15,101 nucleotides of DNA from Candidatus Krumholzibacteriia bacterium. Its GTDB lineage: Bacteria; Krumholzibacteriota; Krumholzibacteriia; WVZY01. A program made the translations under genes and the position numbers. Each line of letters starts with the position of its first letter. Position 1 is the stretch's first letter. Of this stretch, positions 1 through 8,080 are shown one piece after another. The notes under the pieces are model-generated. The model worked only from the letters and a program-made list of their open reading frames with translations, did no database searches and was not told the origin of the DNA. The DNA lies in assembly GCA_036478295.1 (NCBI GenBank), contig JAZGDW010000300.1, positions 1-15,101 of the forward strand. Reading direction: 5' to 3'.

Positions 1-5
1 GTGGC

Positions 6-38
6 AAAAAAACAGAGGCACGTGCGTCGAGTGCCTCT
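6..38 (-). terminator. Intrinsic terminator of the rqcH-like gene
   Basis: Minus strand reads AGAGGCAC-(9 nt loop)-GTGCCTCT followed by GTTTTTTT. The 8-bp stem (14-21/31-38) overlaps the TAG stop at 39-37. Confidence 0.75.
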
Positions 39-1647
39 ATTCAGGCAGCTTGGGTTCCACGAAGAGAGTTTTCTCCCTCTCGCACGTCACCTGTCCCGGT
101 TTTGCGCCGCGGAATTTTCGCACGTACTTGCGCCGCGTATAGATGACGGGTACGAGGCCCGAGTGCCGGGCTTTGGAGTAAAAGGCGGCGATGGCGGCCG
201 CCGTCTCGAGAACGGTACGGGGCGGATCGCCCGCGCTGCCGGTGGATCTGAGCACGATGTGGGACCCCGCGGTCTGCTGGGCGTGCATCCAGATGTCATC
301 GGGTGCAGCGACATGGAATGTGATGTCGTCGTTCTCCCGGTCGTTGCGTCCCACGAGCACGAACCACTGTGGACCCAGGTCGAAACGACGGTGTTGTTTC
401 ACCTGCGGAGTGGAGGGTTGAACGGGTGCGCGCCGGCGCAAACCGTGTGTGGCAGCCGTCGCGCTGAGCAGCTGCAGCGCCTGGCGAAACGATGTTGCTT
501 TTTCGACCTCCGCAAGCGCCTCCTGCAACGCCCGGACCTCTTCATCCATCATGCCGATTCGCCGCGACAGGGCGGCGCGGCTGCGCTCGAGTTTCGTGGC
601 GCGCTTGAAACGTTTTTCGATCTGGTTGTTAAGCGGCAGCGCCGGATCGAGCCGGATGGTGACCGTTTCGCCGGGCGCGTACAAATCTGGCAGGTCGACC
701 TCGGTCGCGCGGGCGGGGACCTGCGACTGGTAGGCGGCAAGTATGTTGGCCTCCTTGCGGCCGTCGTCGAACGCGTCCGCTTCCTTCAGCTGTCCGTGAA
801 GCGTGTCGACCAACCGGTTGCGGCTCGTGAGGCGTTTGCGCACCGGCAGCGAGTGCCGGTCCAGGATGGTACCGAGTGCCTTGCCGGCAAGCACCTTTCC
901 TACACTCAGGCAGGCCTCGCGTGCGCCATCGAACGGCCCATGGAGCTCTCCACTCTTCCGGAACGCTCGATCGCTCGAGATGCCTTGCGGCAACGGGACA
1001 ACCCGACCGAGCCGCCCCTTCGTTCCGAGCGTGAAGGGCATCGAGCCGTCGCGGGCACCGTTTCGAAAACTGACGAGCGCTGCGGTGTCCAGTCGTTCTC
1101 TTGACAAGGTGAACACATCGAGCAGCTCGCCCTCTATTCCATGAACGGCACGCCCCTCGTCCAGTGCCGACGCCAACAATTCATCGGCGAGCGTGGCGAG
1201 GTTCTCCCCGGGCGGCACCGGTGTGCCTGCCGGGGTGCCCGATTCCCGCGCATAGAGCGATTCAACAATCGTATCAGGTCCTTCCACACGGATCTTCGCG
1301 GCGCTCCCATGCAACGAGAAAGTGAGCGTGTGGTTTGACTTCTCCATACGCAACCGCAAGACGCGGTCGCGCGGCGGTTCGGGCACACCACCGATGCGGT
1401 CTCCGTAGACACGTTTCAGGACGTCGACGCCTTCGCCTTCCAGTGGGTCGTCCGGACCGTAATAGCAGAACGGTCCGGGGGTGGAGAGGATCAGCACCAA
1501 GTAATCCGGGCCGGGGCGCCCCCCCAACTGCACGGCAACCAGGGGTTTCAAGAGGCGGATGGCCTCTATGCGGCGGCCGCGCAGCGATGGTCCGATGTCC
1601 CGTATCAGGAGATGCAGGAGGAACTGGTTCACGACACGGCCGGGCAC
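37..1647 (-). CDS. rqcH: NFACT family protein (RqcH/Rqc2/FbpA-like ribosome quality control factor) with C-terminal NFACT-R (DUF814) domain
   Basis: 536-aa ORF. The C-terminus has NFACT-R motifs 'VLVGRNDRENDDIT', 'DIWMHAQQTAGSHIVL', 'AAAIAAFYSKAR', 'VIYTRRKYVRK..GAKPGQV'. The middle has 'I.LDPALPLNNQIEKRFKRATKL' plus coiled coils, and the N-terminal part has 'RDRVL'. The GTG start could alternatively be 1632 (giving MNQFLLHLL). Confidence 0.85.
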   Translation of the reverse strand: MPGRVVNQFLLHLLIRDIGPSLRGRRIEAIRLLKPLVAVQLGGRPGPDYLVLILSTPGPFCYYGPDDPLEGEGVDVLKRVYGDRIGGVPEPPRDRVLRLRMEKSNHTLTFSLHGSAAKIRVEGPDTIVESLYARESGTPAGTPVPPGENLATLADELLASALDEGRAVHGIEGELLDVFTLSRERLDTAALVSFRNGARDGSMPFTLGTKGRLGRVVPLPQGISSDRAFRKSGELHGPFDGAREACLSVGKVLAGKALGTILDRHSLPVRKRLTSRNRLVDTLHGQLKEADAFDDGRKEANILAAYQSQVPARATEVDLPDLYAPGETVTIRLDPALPLNNQIEKRFKRATKLERSRAALSRRIGMMDEEVRALQEALAEVEKATSFRQALQLLSATAATHGLRRRAPVQPSTPQVKQHRRFDLGPQWFVLVGRNDRENDDITFHVAAPDDIWMHAQQTAGSHIVLRSTGSAGDPPRTVLETAAAIAAFYSKARHSGLVPVIYTRRKYVRKFRGAKPGQVTCEREKTLFVEPKLPE

Positions 1648-1684
1648 GTGTGAATTAACTCATTATCTTGTGAGGATTTACCCA

Positions 1685-1713
1685 TTGACATGCCACCGTT
1701 CTCTCTTTACTAT
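1685..1713 (+). promoter_or_regulatory. Sigma70-type promoter for the yicC-gmk-rpoZ... operon
   Basis: TTGACA (1685-1690), 17-bp spacer, TACTAT (1708-1713). SD AGGAG at 1744-1748 precedes ATG 1758. Confidence 0.75.
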
Positions 1714-1757
1714 GGACCGGCAAAACGCGGCCACCACCCACTCAGGAGCGTAGTCAC

Positions 1758-2633
1758 ATGTTGGTCAGCATGACCGGGTACGGTCAAGGGGAAGCTTCCA
1801 ATCGGACGGCAAAGGTAACAGTCGAAATCCGGACGGTCAACCACCGCTTCCTGGATCTCTCGATCAGGTTACCCAAAGCACTGGCCCATCGCGAGCACGA
1901 CATCAAGGAATTCATCAAGGGAAAGATCCAGCGGGGCCGCATCACGGTCACCGTGTCGGCTGACGCCGACCAACCCGATTACGACGTAAGCATCAACCTG
2001 CCGCTGGTGGAACAATACATCGACCAGCTGCGAAAGCTGGCACGGAAGGAAGCCCTGGCCTCCGAGCTGGATATCAACACGCTTGCCACGCTTCCGGAAG
2101 TGTTTCACCTCACCGAGAGGGAGCGTGATCCGGTGAGGCTCTGGCCACTGGTCAAGAGGAGCTTGAGAGCCGCGACGGACGAGTGCGCCAGGATGCGGCG
2201 CGAGGAAGGGAAGCAGCTGGAAACTGACATCCGCGCGCGCACAGCGGCGATCAGTCTTCTCATCAAGAAAGTAGAAAAGCGGGCGCCCAAGGTCGTCGCG
2301 CACCATAGCGCGGCCCTGGAGGAACGATTGGCGAAGGTGATGAAGGGCGGCATAGTAGACAGGGACCGTTGGGTGACGGAAGTGGCGATGATGGCGGACC
2401 GCCTCGATTTCACCGAAGAGCTCATCCGCCTCAAGAGTCACATGATCCAAATGGACGCTTGTGTGAACGCGGGGGGCGCGGTGGCCAAGAAGCTCACGTA
2501 TCTGCTACAGGAAGTGCATCGCGAGGCCACAACCATTGCGTCGAAGGCCTCCGACGCCGAAGTCATCGAGAACGTCGTATCGCTCAAAGAGGAATCTGAG
2601 CGCCTCCGAGAACAGGTCCAAAACCTGGAATAG
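1758..2633 (+). CDS. yicC: YicC/YloC family endoribonuclease
   Basis: N-terminal 'SMTGYG', 'EIRTVNHRFLD', 'RGRITV'; C-terminal 'DFTEELIRLKSH', 'QEVHREATTIASK', 'ERLREQVQNLE'. Conserved position upstream of gmk. Confidence 0.93.
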   Translation: MLVSMTGYGQGEASNRTAKVTVEIRTVNHRFLDLSIRLPKALAHREHDIKEFIKGKIQRGRITVTVSADADQPDYDVSINLPLVEQYIDQLRKLARKEALASELDINTLATLPEVFHLTERERDPVRLWPLVKRSLRAATDECARMRREEGKQLETDIRARTAAISLLIKKVEKRAPKVVAHHSAALEERLAKVMKGGIVDRDRWVTEVAMMADRLDFTEELIRLKSHMIQMDACVNAGGAVAKKLTYLLQEVHREATTIASKASDAEVIENVVSLKEESERLREQVQNLE

Positions 2634-2712
2634 AAGAGCGCTGCGACGCGCGTGCCGAGCCGCGCGGCCCAGCTGGCGGCGACGCTCAAGACCCGGGACG
2701 AGTGGTTTGAGA

Positions 2713-3315
2713 GTGACCAAAGCATTTCCCATCGTGATTTCCGGCCCGTCGGGTGTCGGAAAGACCACGCTGGTGAACGGGATCATCGCCCGGGACCCGC
2801 AGCTGCGCGAGTCGGTGTCGGCAACGACGCGCCCACCCCGCGACGGCGAGGTCGAGGGTGAGTCATATGTTTTTGTCAGCGATAAGCAGTTCGATAAGCT
2901 CAAGCGGGGCAAGCTGATAGAATGGGCGGAAGTACACGATCACCTTTACGGAACGCCCCGGGAGTTCGTCGAGGGCGAACTGGCCAAAGGGCTGGATGTG
3001 GTCTTGAATATTGACGTTCAGGGCGGTGCTTCGGTAAAAAAGTGCTTTCCCGAAGCGGTTCTGATATTTATTTTACCACCGTCCTTCAAGGTGCTGGACG
3101 GGAGAGTTCGAGGGCGAGGGACGGACTATGCGAAGGAAATCAAAAAACGGATGAAAAATGCCCGGCGCGAGGTAACGTTCGCACCGGCCTATGATTATAT
3201 CGTCGTGAACGACCAGATGGAGGACGCGGTTTCGGCCCTGCGGGCCATTATCGAAAGCGAGCGGCGCCGGCAAACTCGATACCCGGAGGATTACTTCGAT
3301 CGATTTGGCCGGTGA
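2713..3315 (+). CDS. gmk: Guanylate kinase
   Basis: P-loop 'SGPSGVGKTT', 'SATTRPPRDGEVEG..Y.F', 'EWAEVH...YGTP', 'IDVQG', 'YDYIVVND'. Start trimmed from the ORF-track 2536 (which overlaps yicC) to the in-frame GTG at 2713. Confidence 0.96.
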   Translation: MTKAFPIVISGPSGVGKTTLVNGIIARDPQLRESVSATTRPPRDGEVEGESYVFVSDKQFDKLKRGKLIEWAEVHDHLYGTPREFVEGELAKGLDVVLNIDVQGGASVKKCFPEAVLIFILPPSFKVLDGRVRGRGTDYAKEIKKRMKNARREVTFAPAYDYIVVNDQMEDAVSALRAIIESERRRQTRYPEDYFDRFGR

Positions 3316-3345
3316 AAGGGCAAACTCAACCAGGCAGGAGCATGC

Positions 3346-3579
3346 ATGAAAAACGTAGTTCTCATTGAAAAGATAACGGCAATCGTGCCCAACAAATACG
3401 AAGCGATCAGGGTCGTTGCCAAGGAGGCCCGGCGGATCAACTCGTTGCTCATCCACGGCGCGGGTGAGGTGGAGGAAAAACCGACGATGATGGCAATTCG
3501 CCGGTTGCTCGAGAACAAGATCAAGTTCGAGTACGTCGAGCCGGCGGTGCAGGCCAAATTCGAGGAAGAGTCCGAATAA
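3346..3579 (+). CDS. rpoZ: RNA polymerase omega subunit
   Basis: 77 aa with 'NKYEAIRVVAKEARRIN' and 'KPTMMAIRRL..KI', matching the omega fold motifs. Canonical gmk-rpoZ-coaBC synteny; SD AGGAG just upstream. Confidence 0.88.
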   Translation: MKNVVLIEKITAIVPNKYEAIRVVAKEARRINSLLIHGAGEVEEKPTMMAIRRLLENKIKFEYVEPAVQAKFEEESE

Positions 3580-3687
3580 GCAGCTACAGAGGCCTGACGG
3601 CGGCGTAGCGCATGGCGATTGGAGCTGACCGCGCAAGCGCCGCATCTCAATCCCCATACCGGCCAAAGCAGAATTCCAGGGACCGCG

Positions 3688-4905
3688 ATGATTTTTGAAG
3701 GGAAAAAGATCTTATTGGGTGTGACGGGTGGGATCGCCGCGTACAAGTCTGTTTTTCTGCTCCGCCTTCTCAGGGGCAGCGGGGCCGATGTGAGGGTCAT
3801 CATGACGGCGTCGGCCTGTGAGTTCGTTGCGCCTCTTACCTTTGAAACGCTCTCGGGAAATCCAGTACACGTTCGTATGTTCGAGGACGGCGGCGGGGAC
3901 CGGGGAACGGTCTCGCCCGTCGAGCATATCGGTCTAGCCAAGTGGCCCGACGTGGCGATCGTCGCGCCGGTGACGGCCAACAGCATTTCCAAGTTCGTTC
4001 AGGGACGAGCGGACGATCTGCTGAGCGCCGTCCTGTGCGCCTACGACGGGTTGGTGGTCCTGGCGCCGGCAATGAACGACATCATGTGGAAAAATCCTGC
4101 CACGCAGGACAACCTGCGACAACTGAGCCAGCGCGGATACCGCGTTATCCCTCCAGCCAAGGGGGACCTCGCCTGTGGGTATGAAGCCGAAGGACGCATG
4201 GCCGAACCTGAAGAGATCATGGAGTATCTCGAGTCGCTCTACGCGTCGGACTTTGCAAAACTCCGCGTACTGGTAAGCGTGGGCGGCACAGAGGAAGACA
4301 TCGATCCCGTTCGGGTAATTTCGAATCGTTCTTCCGGAAAAATGGGTTTTGCCATTGCGGAGGCGGCCAGAGACCGGGGGGCGCAGGTCACCGTGGTGGT
4401 GGGCCGGGCTTCCGTGCCGGTACCCCACGGGGTACGTGCCATTAGCGTCCGTACCTCCGCGGAAATGTCTCAGGCGCTAAAAAAGGCTTTCGTCGATGCC
4501 GACCTGCTGGTGATGGCAGCGGCGGTGTCCGATTTCGCCCCACGGGAAGCTCTGAAACAGAAACAAAAGGGCGACTCCTGGTCCATCTCGCTCGAGCGTA
4601 CCGAAGACATTCTCCAATCCCTGGGCAAGATGAAAGGCAAGCGGTATATCATCGGGTTCGCGGTTGAAACGGAGAACATCGAGGAAAATGCACGAAAGAA
4701 ACTTGCCAAGAAGAACTGTGACCTCCTGGTGGTTAACAACCCACTCGACGAAGGCGCGGCGTTCGAACACGACACGAACGCGGTAACGATTTACACCGCG
4801 GGGGGCAAACTGCTTTCCACCGGTTTGAAGAGCAAGCGCCAAATTGCGGATCTTATTTTCCAGACGGCCAGCAAAGAGCCCGCCTTCCGTGCTATCGTGG
4901 TATAG
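3688..4905 (+). CDS. coaBC: Bifunctional phosphopantothenoylcysteine decarboxylase / phosphopantothenate-cysteine ligase
   Basis: 'KKILLGVTGGIAAYK', 'EHI', 'APAMN..MW', 'LACG...GRM', 'IDPVRVISNRSSGKMG', 'AAAVSDF', 'GFAVET'. The ATG at 3688 is preferred over the TTG at 3619. Confidence 0.96.
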   Translation: MIFEGKKILLGVTGGIAAYKSVFLLRLLRGSGADVRVIMTASACEFVAPLTFETLSGNPVHVRMFEDGGGDRGTVSPVEHIGLAKWPDVAIVAPVTANSISKFVQGRADDLLSAVLCAYDGLVVLAPAMNDIMWKNPATQDNLRQLSQRGYRVIPPAKGDLACGYEAEGRMAEPEEIMEYLESLYASDFAKLRVLVSVGGTEEDIDPVRVISNRSSGKMGFAIAEAARDRGAQVTVVVGRASVPVPHGVRAISVRTSAEMSQALKKAFVDADLLVMAAAVSDFAPREALKQKQKGDSWSISLERTEDILQSLGKMKGKRYIIGFAVETENIEENARKKLAKKNCDLLVVNNPLDEGAAFEHDTNAVTIYTAGGKLLSTGLKSKRQIADLIFQTASKEPAFRAIVV

Positions 4906-4996
4906 TGGCCGACCCCGGCGGTGGTCGGTCCGCATTTTCCATCACCCGGAGCCGCCTTCCTCCCCCGGCTCAGACGCACGAACTCGAAAGTGACGC

Positions 4997-5740
4997 ATGA
5001 AAACGACTCCCAAAACTTTTCCACAGGAAATGGCCCCCGAGCTTATTTCGTACTTAAAAAGCCTGCAGCGAAAAGGTATAAGATCAGTATACCTGGATGG
5101 ACCACACGCGACCCCGGCGGAGTCACCGCCAGAGACGGCGCCGCCACACAAGGAGGAGACCGTGGCCGTTCAAAATATATCAGGGACGGTCGCCGAACAA
5201 TTGGCGGAGATAGAAGCCGAAGTCAGCGCCTGCACGAAATGCAAGTTGCACGAAGGCAGAACCAACGCAGTTTTCGGTGTCGGCACCCCGTCGACGCGCG
5301 TGATGTTTATTGGCGAAGGGCCCGGACGTGACGAGGACCTGAAGGGCGAGCCGTTCGTAGGGCGTTCGGGACAACTGCTGACGAAAATCATCAAGGCGAT
5401 CGACCTCGAGCGCGAGGATGTATATATAACGAACATCGTGAAGTGCCGGCCACCGGACAACCGCGACCCGCAGGAAGACGAAGTCCGTTGCTGCGAGCAG
5501 TATCTCATACGTCAAATCGATTTGATCCAGCCGCGGGTGATCTGTGCGCTGGGCAGGGTGGCAGCGCACTGGCTTCTCAATACCAAAGCGTCGCTGTCGG
5601 CTCTCCGGCGGAACGAAAACACCTATCGCGGCACTCAGGTAATCGTCACCTATCATCCCGCGGCGCTTCTGCGCAACCCGCATCTCAAGAAGGACGCGTG
5701 GGAAGACTTCAAACACTTGAGAAAAATAATCAACCAGTGA
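4997..5740 (+). CDS. Uracil-DNA glycosylase family 4 (Fe-S type)
   Basis: 'CTKCKL', 'FIGEGPG..ED..GEPFVGRSG', 'NIVKCRPP.NR.P..E...C', 'TYHPAALLR'. Four Fe-S cysteines are present, plus a Pro/Glu-rich N-terminal extension. Confidence 0.93.
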   Translation: MKTTPKTFPQEMAPELISYLKSLQRKGIRSVYLDGPHATPAESPPETAPPHKEETVAVQNISGTVAEQLAEIEAEVSACTKCKLHEGRTNAVFGVGTPSTRVMFIGEGPGRDEDLKGEPFVGRSGQLLTKIIKAIDLEREDVYITNIVKCRPPDNRDPQEDEVRCCEQYLIRQIDLIQPRVICALGRVAAHWLLNTKASLSALRRNENTYRGTQVIVTYHPAALLRNPHLKKDAWEDFKHLRKIINQ

Positions 5741-5747
5741 GGTAGTC

Positions 5748-7097
5748 GTGGCCGAGCCTTCGCCAATCACCCAGCCCCAAAAAGTTCCTCCCCACTCGAT
5801 CGAAGCGGAAATGGCCGTAATAGGTGCGGTGCTGATCGACAATTCCTCGTGGTCGATAGTCACCGAGCATCTCACGGAAGATGCTTTCTACAAGAAAGCG
5901 CACCGCGATATTTTCCAAGCAATGTTGGCCGCGTCCGAAAAGGGCGAAGCCATCGACGTCATCACACTGGCCGAAGAGCTCAAGCGGCTTGGTACGTACC
6001 AGACCATTGGCGGCCCCACGTATCTGACGCGCATTATGGACAACGTGCACACAGCAGCCAACGCGGAGTACTATGCGAAGCTCGTCTTCGAGAAGTATCT
6101 GTTGAGGAGGCTCATCACCATCTCCGGTGAAATCAGCACGCAGTGCATGCTGGCGAAGAGTGACGCCCGGGAAGTTCTCGACGAAGCCGAGAGACTGATT
6201 TTTGAAATATCCGAGCGCGGTGTGCGAAAGACCTTCGAACCTATCGGCAAAATCATCAAGGAGCGTCTCGAAAACCTGGAAAAAATCTCTGAGAACAAGG
6301 ACCTTGTATCGGGTCTCTCGACTCAATTCACCGAATTGGATGCGTACACGTCGGGTTTTCAAAATTCCGAGTTGATCATTATTGCGGGGCGCCCGTCGAT
6401 GGGCAAGACGAGCCTTGCGCTCAACATCGTCGAGCATGTGGCGCTCAAGGACAGAATCCCAACGGGTGTTTTCAGTCTCGAAATGTCGAGTGAGCAGCTG
6501 GTGATGCGCATGCTCTGCAGTGAAGCGCGCATCGACTCCAACCGGTTGCGCAAGGGGTACGTAAAAAGTGCGGAATTCGCGGAGTTGGCCATCGTGGCGG
6601 GTTTCCTGAGCGAGGCGCCGATTTATATAGACGACTCGCCGGGCATCACGATGATGGAGCTTCGTGCCAAGGCCAGGCGTTTGAAAGCGGAGGTGAACGT
6701 CGGCTGCATCGTCGTGGATTACATGCAGCTCATAACGTCTCGCGAGACGTTCGAGAACCGGCAGCAGCAGATTTCGACAATTTCCAGGACCCTGAAGAGT
6801 CTGGCCAAGGAGCTCAACATCCCGGTCATCGTGCTGTCTCAGTTGTCGCGGGCGGTGGAAATTCGCGGCGGCAACCGGCGTCCGATGCTGTCCGACTTGC
6901 GTGAGAGTGGGGCAATCGAACAGGATGCTGACACGGTACTGATGCTCTACCGGCCTGAGTTCTACGAAGGAGAAGACTCCGAGAACGCCGGCATGGCGGA
7001 ACTGATCATTGCCAAACAGAGGAACGGCCCGACGGGAACGGTCAAGCTAACCTTCTTCAAGGAATACACCCGCTTCGAAAGATACTCACCTGCGTAA
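5748..7097 (+). CDS. dnaB: Replicative DNA helicase
   Basis: 'PPHSIEAE..VIGAVL', Walker A 'GRPSMGKT', 'FSLEMS', 'DYMQL', 'LSQLSR', 'SDLRESGAIEQDAD', 'KQRNGPTG'. 449 aa, no intein. Confidence 0.98.
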   Translation: MAEPSPITQPQKVPPHSIEAEMAVIGAVLIDNSSWSIVTEHLTEDAFYKKAHRDIFQAMLAASEKGEAIDVITLAEELKRLGTYQTIGGPTYLTRIMDNVHTAANAEYYAKLVFEKYLLRRLITISGEISTQCMLAKSDAREVLDEAERLIFEISERGVRKTFEPIGKIIKERLENLEKISENKDLVSGLSTQFTELDAYTSGFQNSELIIIAGRPSMGKTSLALNIVEHVALKDRIPTGVFSLEMSSEQLVMRMLCSEARIDSNRLRKGYVKSAEFAELAIVAGFLSEAPIYIDDSPGITMMELRAKARRLKAEVNVGCIVVDYMQLITSRETFENRQQQISTISRTLKSLAKELNIPVIVLSQLSRAVEIRGGNRRPMLSDLRESGAIEQDADTVLMLYRPEFYEGEDSENAGMAELIIAKQRNGPTGTVKLTFFKEYTRFERYSPA

Positions 7098-7140
7098 CGA
7101 GTAGAGTTCTGACCGGACAGCTATTGGTGTAAGATATACG

Positions 7141-7833
7141 ATGCCCAGAACGGATGTTTTGATCATGGCCGCAGGCGCCGGCGAGCGGTTCGGCGAGGAC
7201 CGCCCCAAGCAGTATCTGCCGCTTCTCGGCAGGCCGATGCTCGTGTGGTCGGTCGGGCGCTTTGCCGCTCACCCCGCTGTCACGTCGATCACAGTGGTGG
7301 TTGCGCTTGGCGAAGAGGATCGCGCCGGGCAGATCCTTTCCGAACACATTCCGGACAAGGTCGGACGGATTGTAGCGGGGGGCGACACCCGCCAGCAGTC
7401 CGTGTCACTCGGACTACGGTCGCTTGATGCGGGCAGCAAGCGTGTTCTGGTCCATGATGCCGCGAGGCCGTGCATGTCGGATGACCTGTTGAACCGGCTG
7501 ATTGATGCGCTGGACGAATGTGACGCGGTAATCCCTGCACTACCTGCCGTCGACACGCTGATACACGAGCAGGACGGCGTCGTAGACGCGATCATCGATC
7601 GGGTGCACGTATGCCGTGTTCAAACACCGCAGGGGTTCACAACCGGGCTCCTGTTGAAAGCGCACGAACGAGCGGCGTCGCGGGGGTTCACCTCGAGTGA
7701 CGATGGTTCGCTCGTATACGCACTCGAAGAGCCGGTCCGCGTGGTGCACGGCGAGCGCACCAACATCAAGATAACGGTCGCGGAGGATTTCCCGATCGCC
7801 GAGGCGATACTCGAAGCACAGCGTAAAAAGTAA
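7141..7833 (+). CDS. ispD: 2-C-methyl-D-erythritol 4-phosphate cytidylyltransferase
   Basis: 'AAGAGERFG...PKQY', 'GGDTRQQSV', 'VHDAARP', 'QTPQGF', 'NIKIT'. Confidence 0.95.
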   Translation: MPRTDVLIMAAGAGERFGEDRPKQYLPLLGRPMLVWSVGRFAAHPAVTSITVVVALGEEDRAGQILSEHIPDKVGRIVAGGDTRQQSVSLGLRSLDAGSKRVLVHDAARPCMSDDLLNRLIDALDECDAVIPALPAVDTLIHEQDGVVDAIIDRVHVCRVQTPQGFTTGLLLKAHERAASRGFTSSDDGSLVYALEEPVRVVHGERTNIKITVAEDFPIAEAILEAQRKK

Positions 7834-7850
7834 ATTGTAGACGGCGCACC

Positions 7851-7981
7851 GTTGGGTTGTTGGCAGAGCCGTTGTGGGAACGAGTCGGGGGGCGCCTGTT
7901 GGGTTGTCGACGGAACCGTTGCAAGAACGAATGGACAGTGGTGGGGCGGTTGGTTGTTGACAGAGCCGTCGCGGGAACGAG
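7851..7981. repeat. Three imperfect 34-bp direct repeats (7851-7884, 7898-7931, 7948-7981)
   Basis: gttgggttgttggcagagccgttgtgggaacgag / gttgggttgtcgacggaaccgttgcaagaacgaa / ggttggttgttgacagagccgtcgcgggaacgag. Hand alignment gives copy1 vs copy3 29/34 and copy1 vs copy2 26/34. Gaps between copies are 13 and 16 bp. Confidence 0.85.
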
Positions 7982-8057
7982 CGAGGATCACCCCGCGTAG
8001 CGGGGTAGCCGAGCGAAGTGGAGCGCGGCGGGGAAGACAACCAACTGACCCGCCGCT
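7937..8057 (+). repeat. ~120-nt imperfect palindromic element (REP/MITE-like hairpin)
   Basis: The outer arms 7937-7957 and 8037-8057 pair over 21 positions with 3 G-T wobbles and 1 G-A mismatch. The apex is ACCCCGC-GTA-GCGGGGT (7990-8006). Confidence 0.7.
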
Positions 8058-8080
8058 CAGCAACTGAGGGAGCCTCGTAA

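Noticed and set aside
1..1104. 367-aa plus-strand ORF
   Set aside because: It is an antisense shadow of the NFACT gene with no recognisable motifs, and it starts inside that gene's terminator.
2536..2712. N-terminal extension of Gmk, or a small gene (e.g. remA/DUF370) between yicC and gmk
   Set aside because: The extension overlaps yicC and reads as Arg-rich off-frame sequence. The true gap is only 79 bp, too short for RemA.
4906..4971. Hairpins between coaBC and the UDG gene (GGCCGACC/GGTCGGTC; GAGCCG/CGGCTC)
   Set aside because: They have no U-tract and are short GC-rich stems, so they cannot be called terminators or distinguished from chance.
7851..7981. CRISPR array interpretation of the three repeats
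   Set aside because: The spacers are only 13 and 16 bp, the repeats are quite divergent, and there is no AT-rich leader or cas gene in the window.
7852..8067. 71-aa ORF in the ispD-ispF gap
   Set aside because: It has a TTG start without an SD. The repeat periods (47, 50) are not multiples of 3, and the sequence is better explained by the repeat/hairpin structure.
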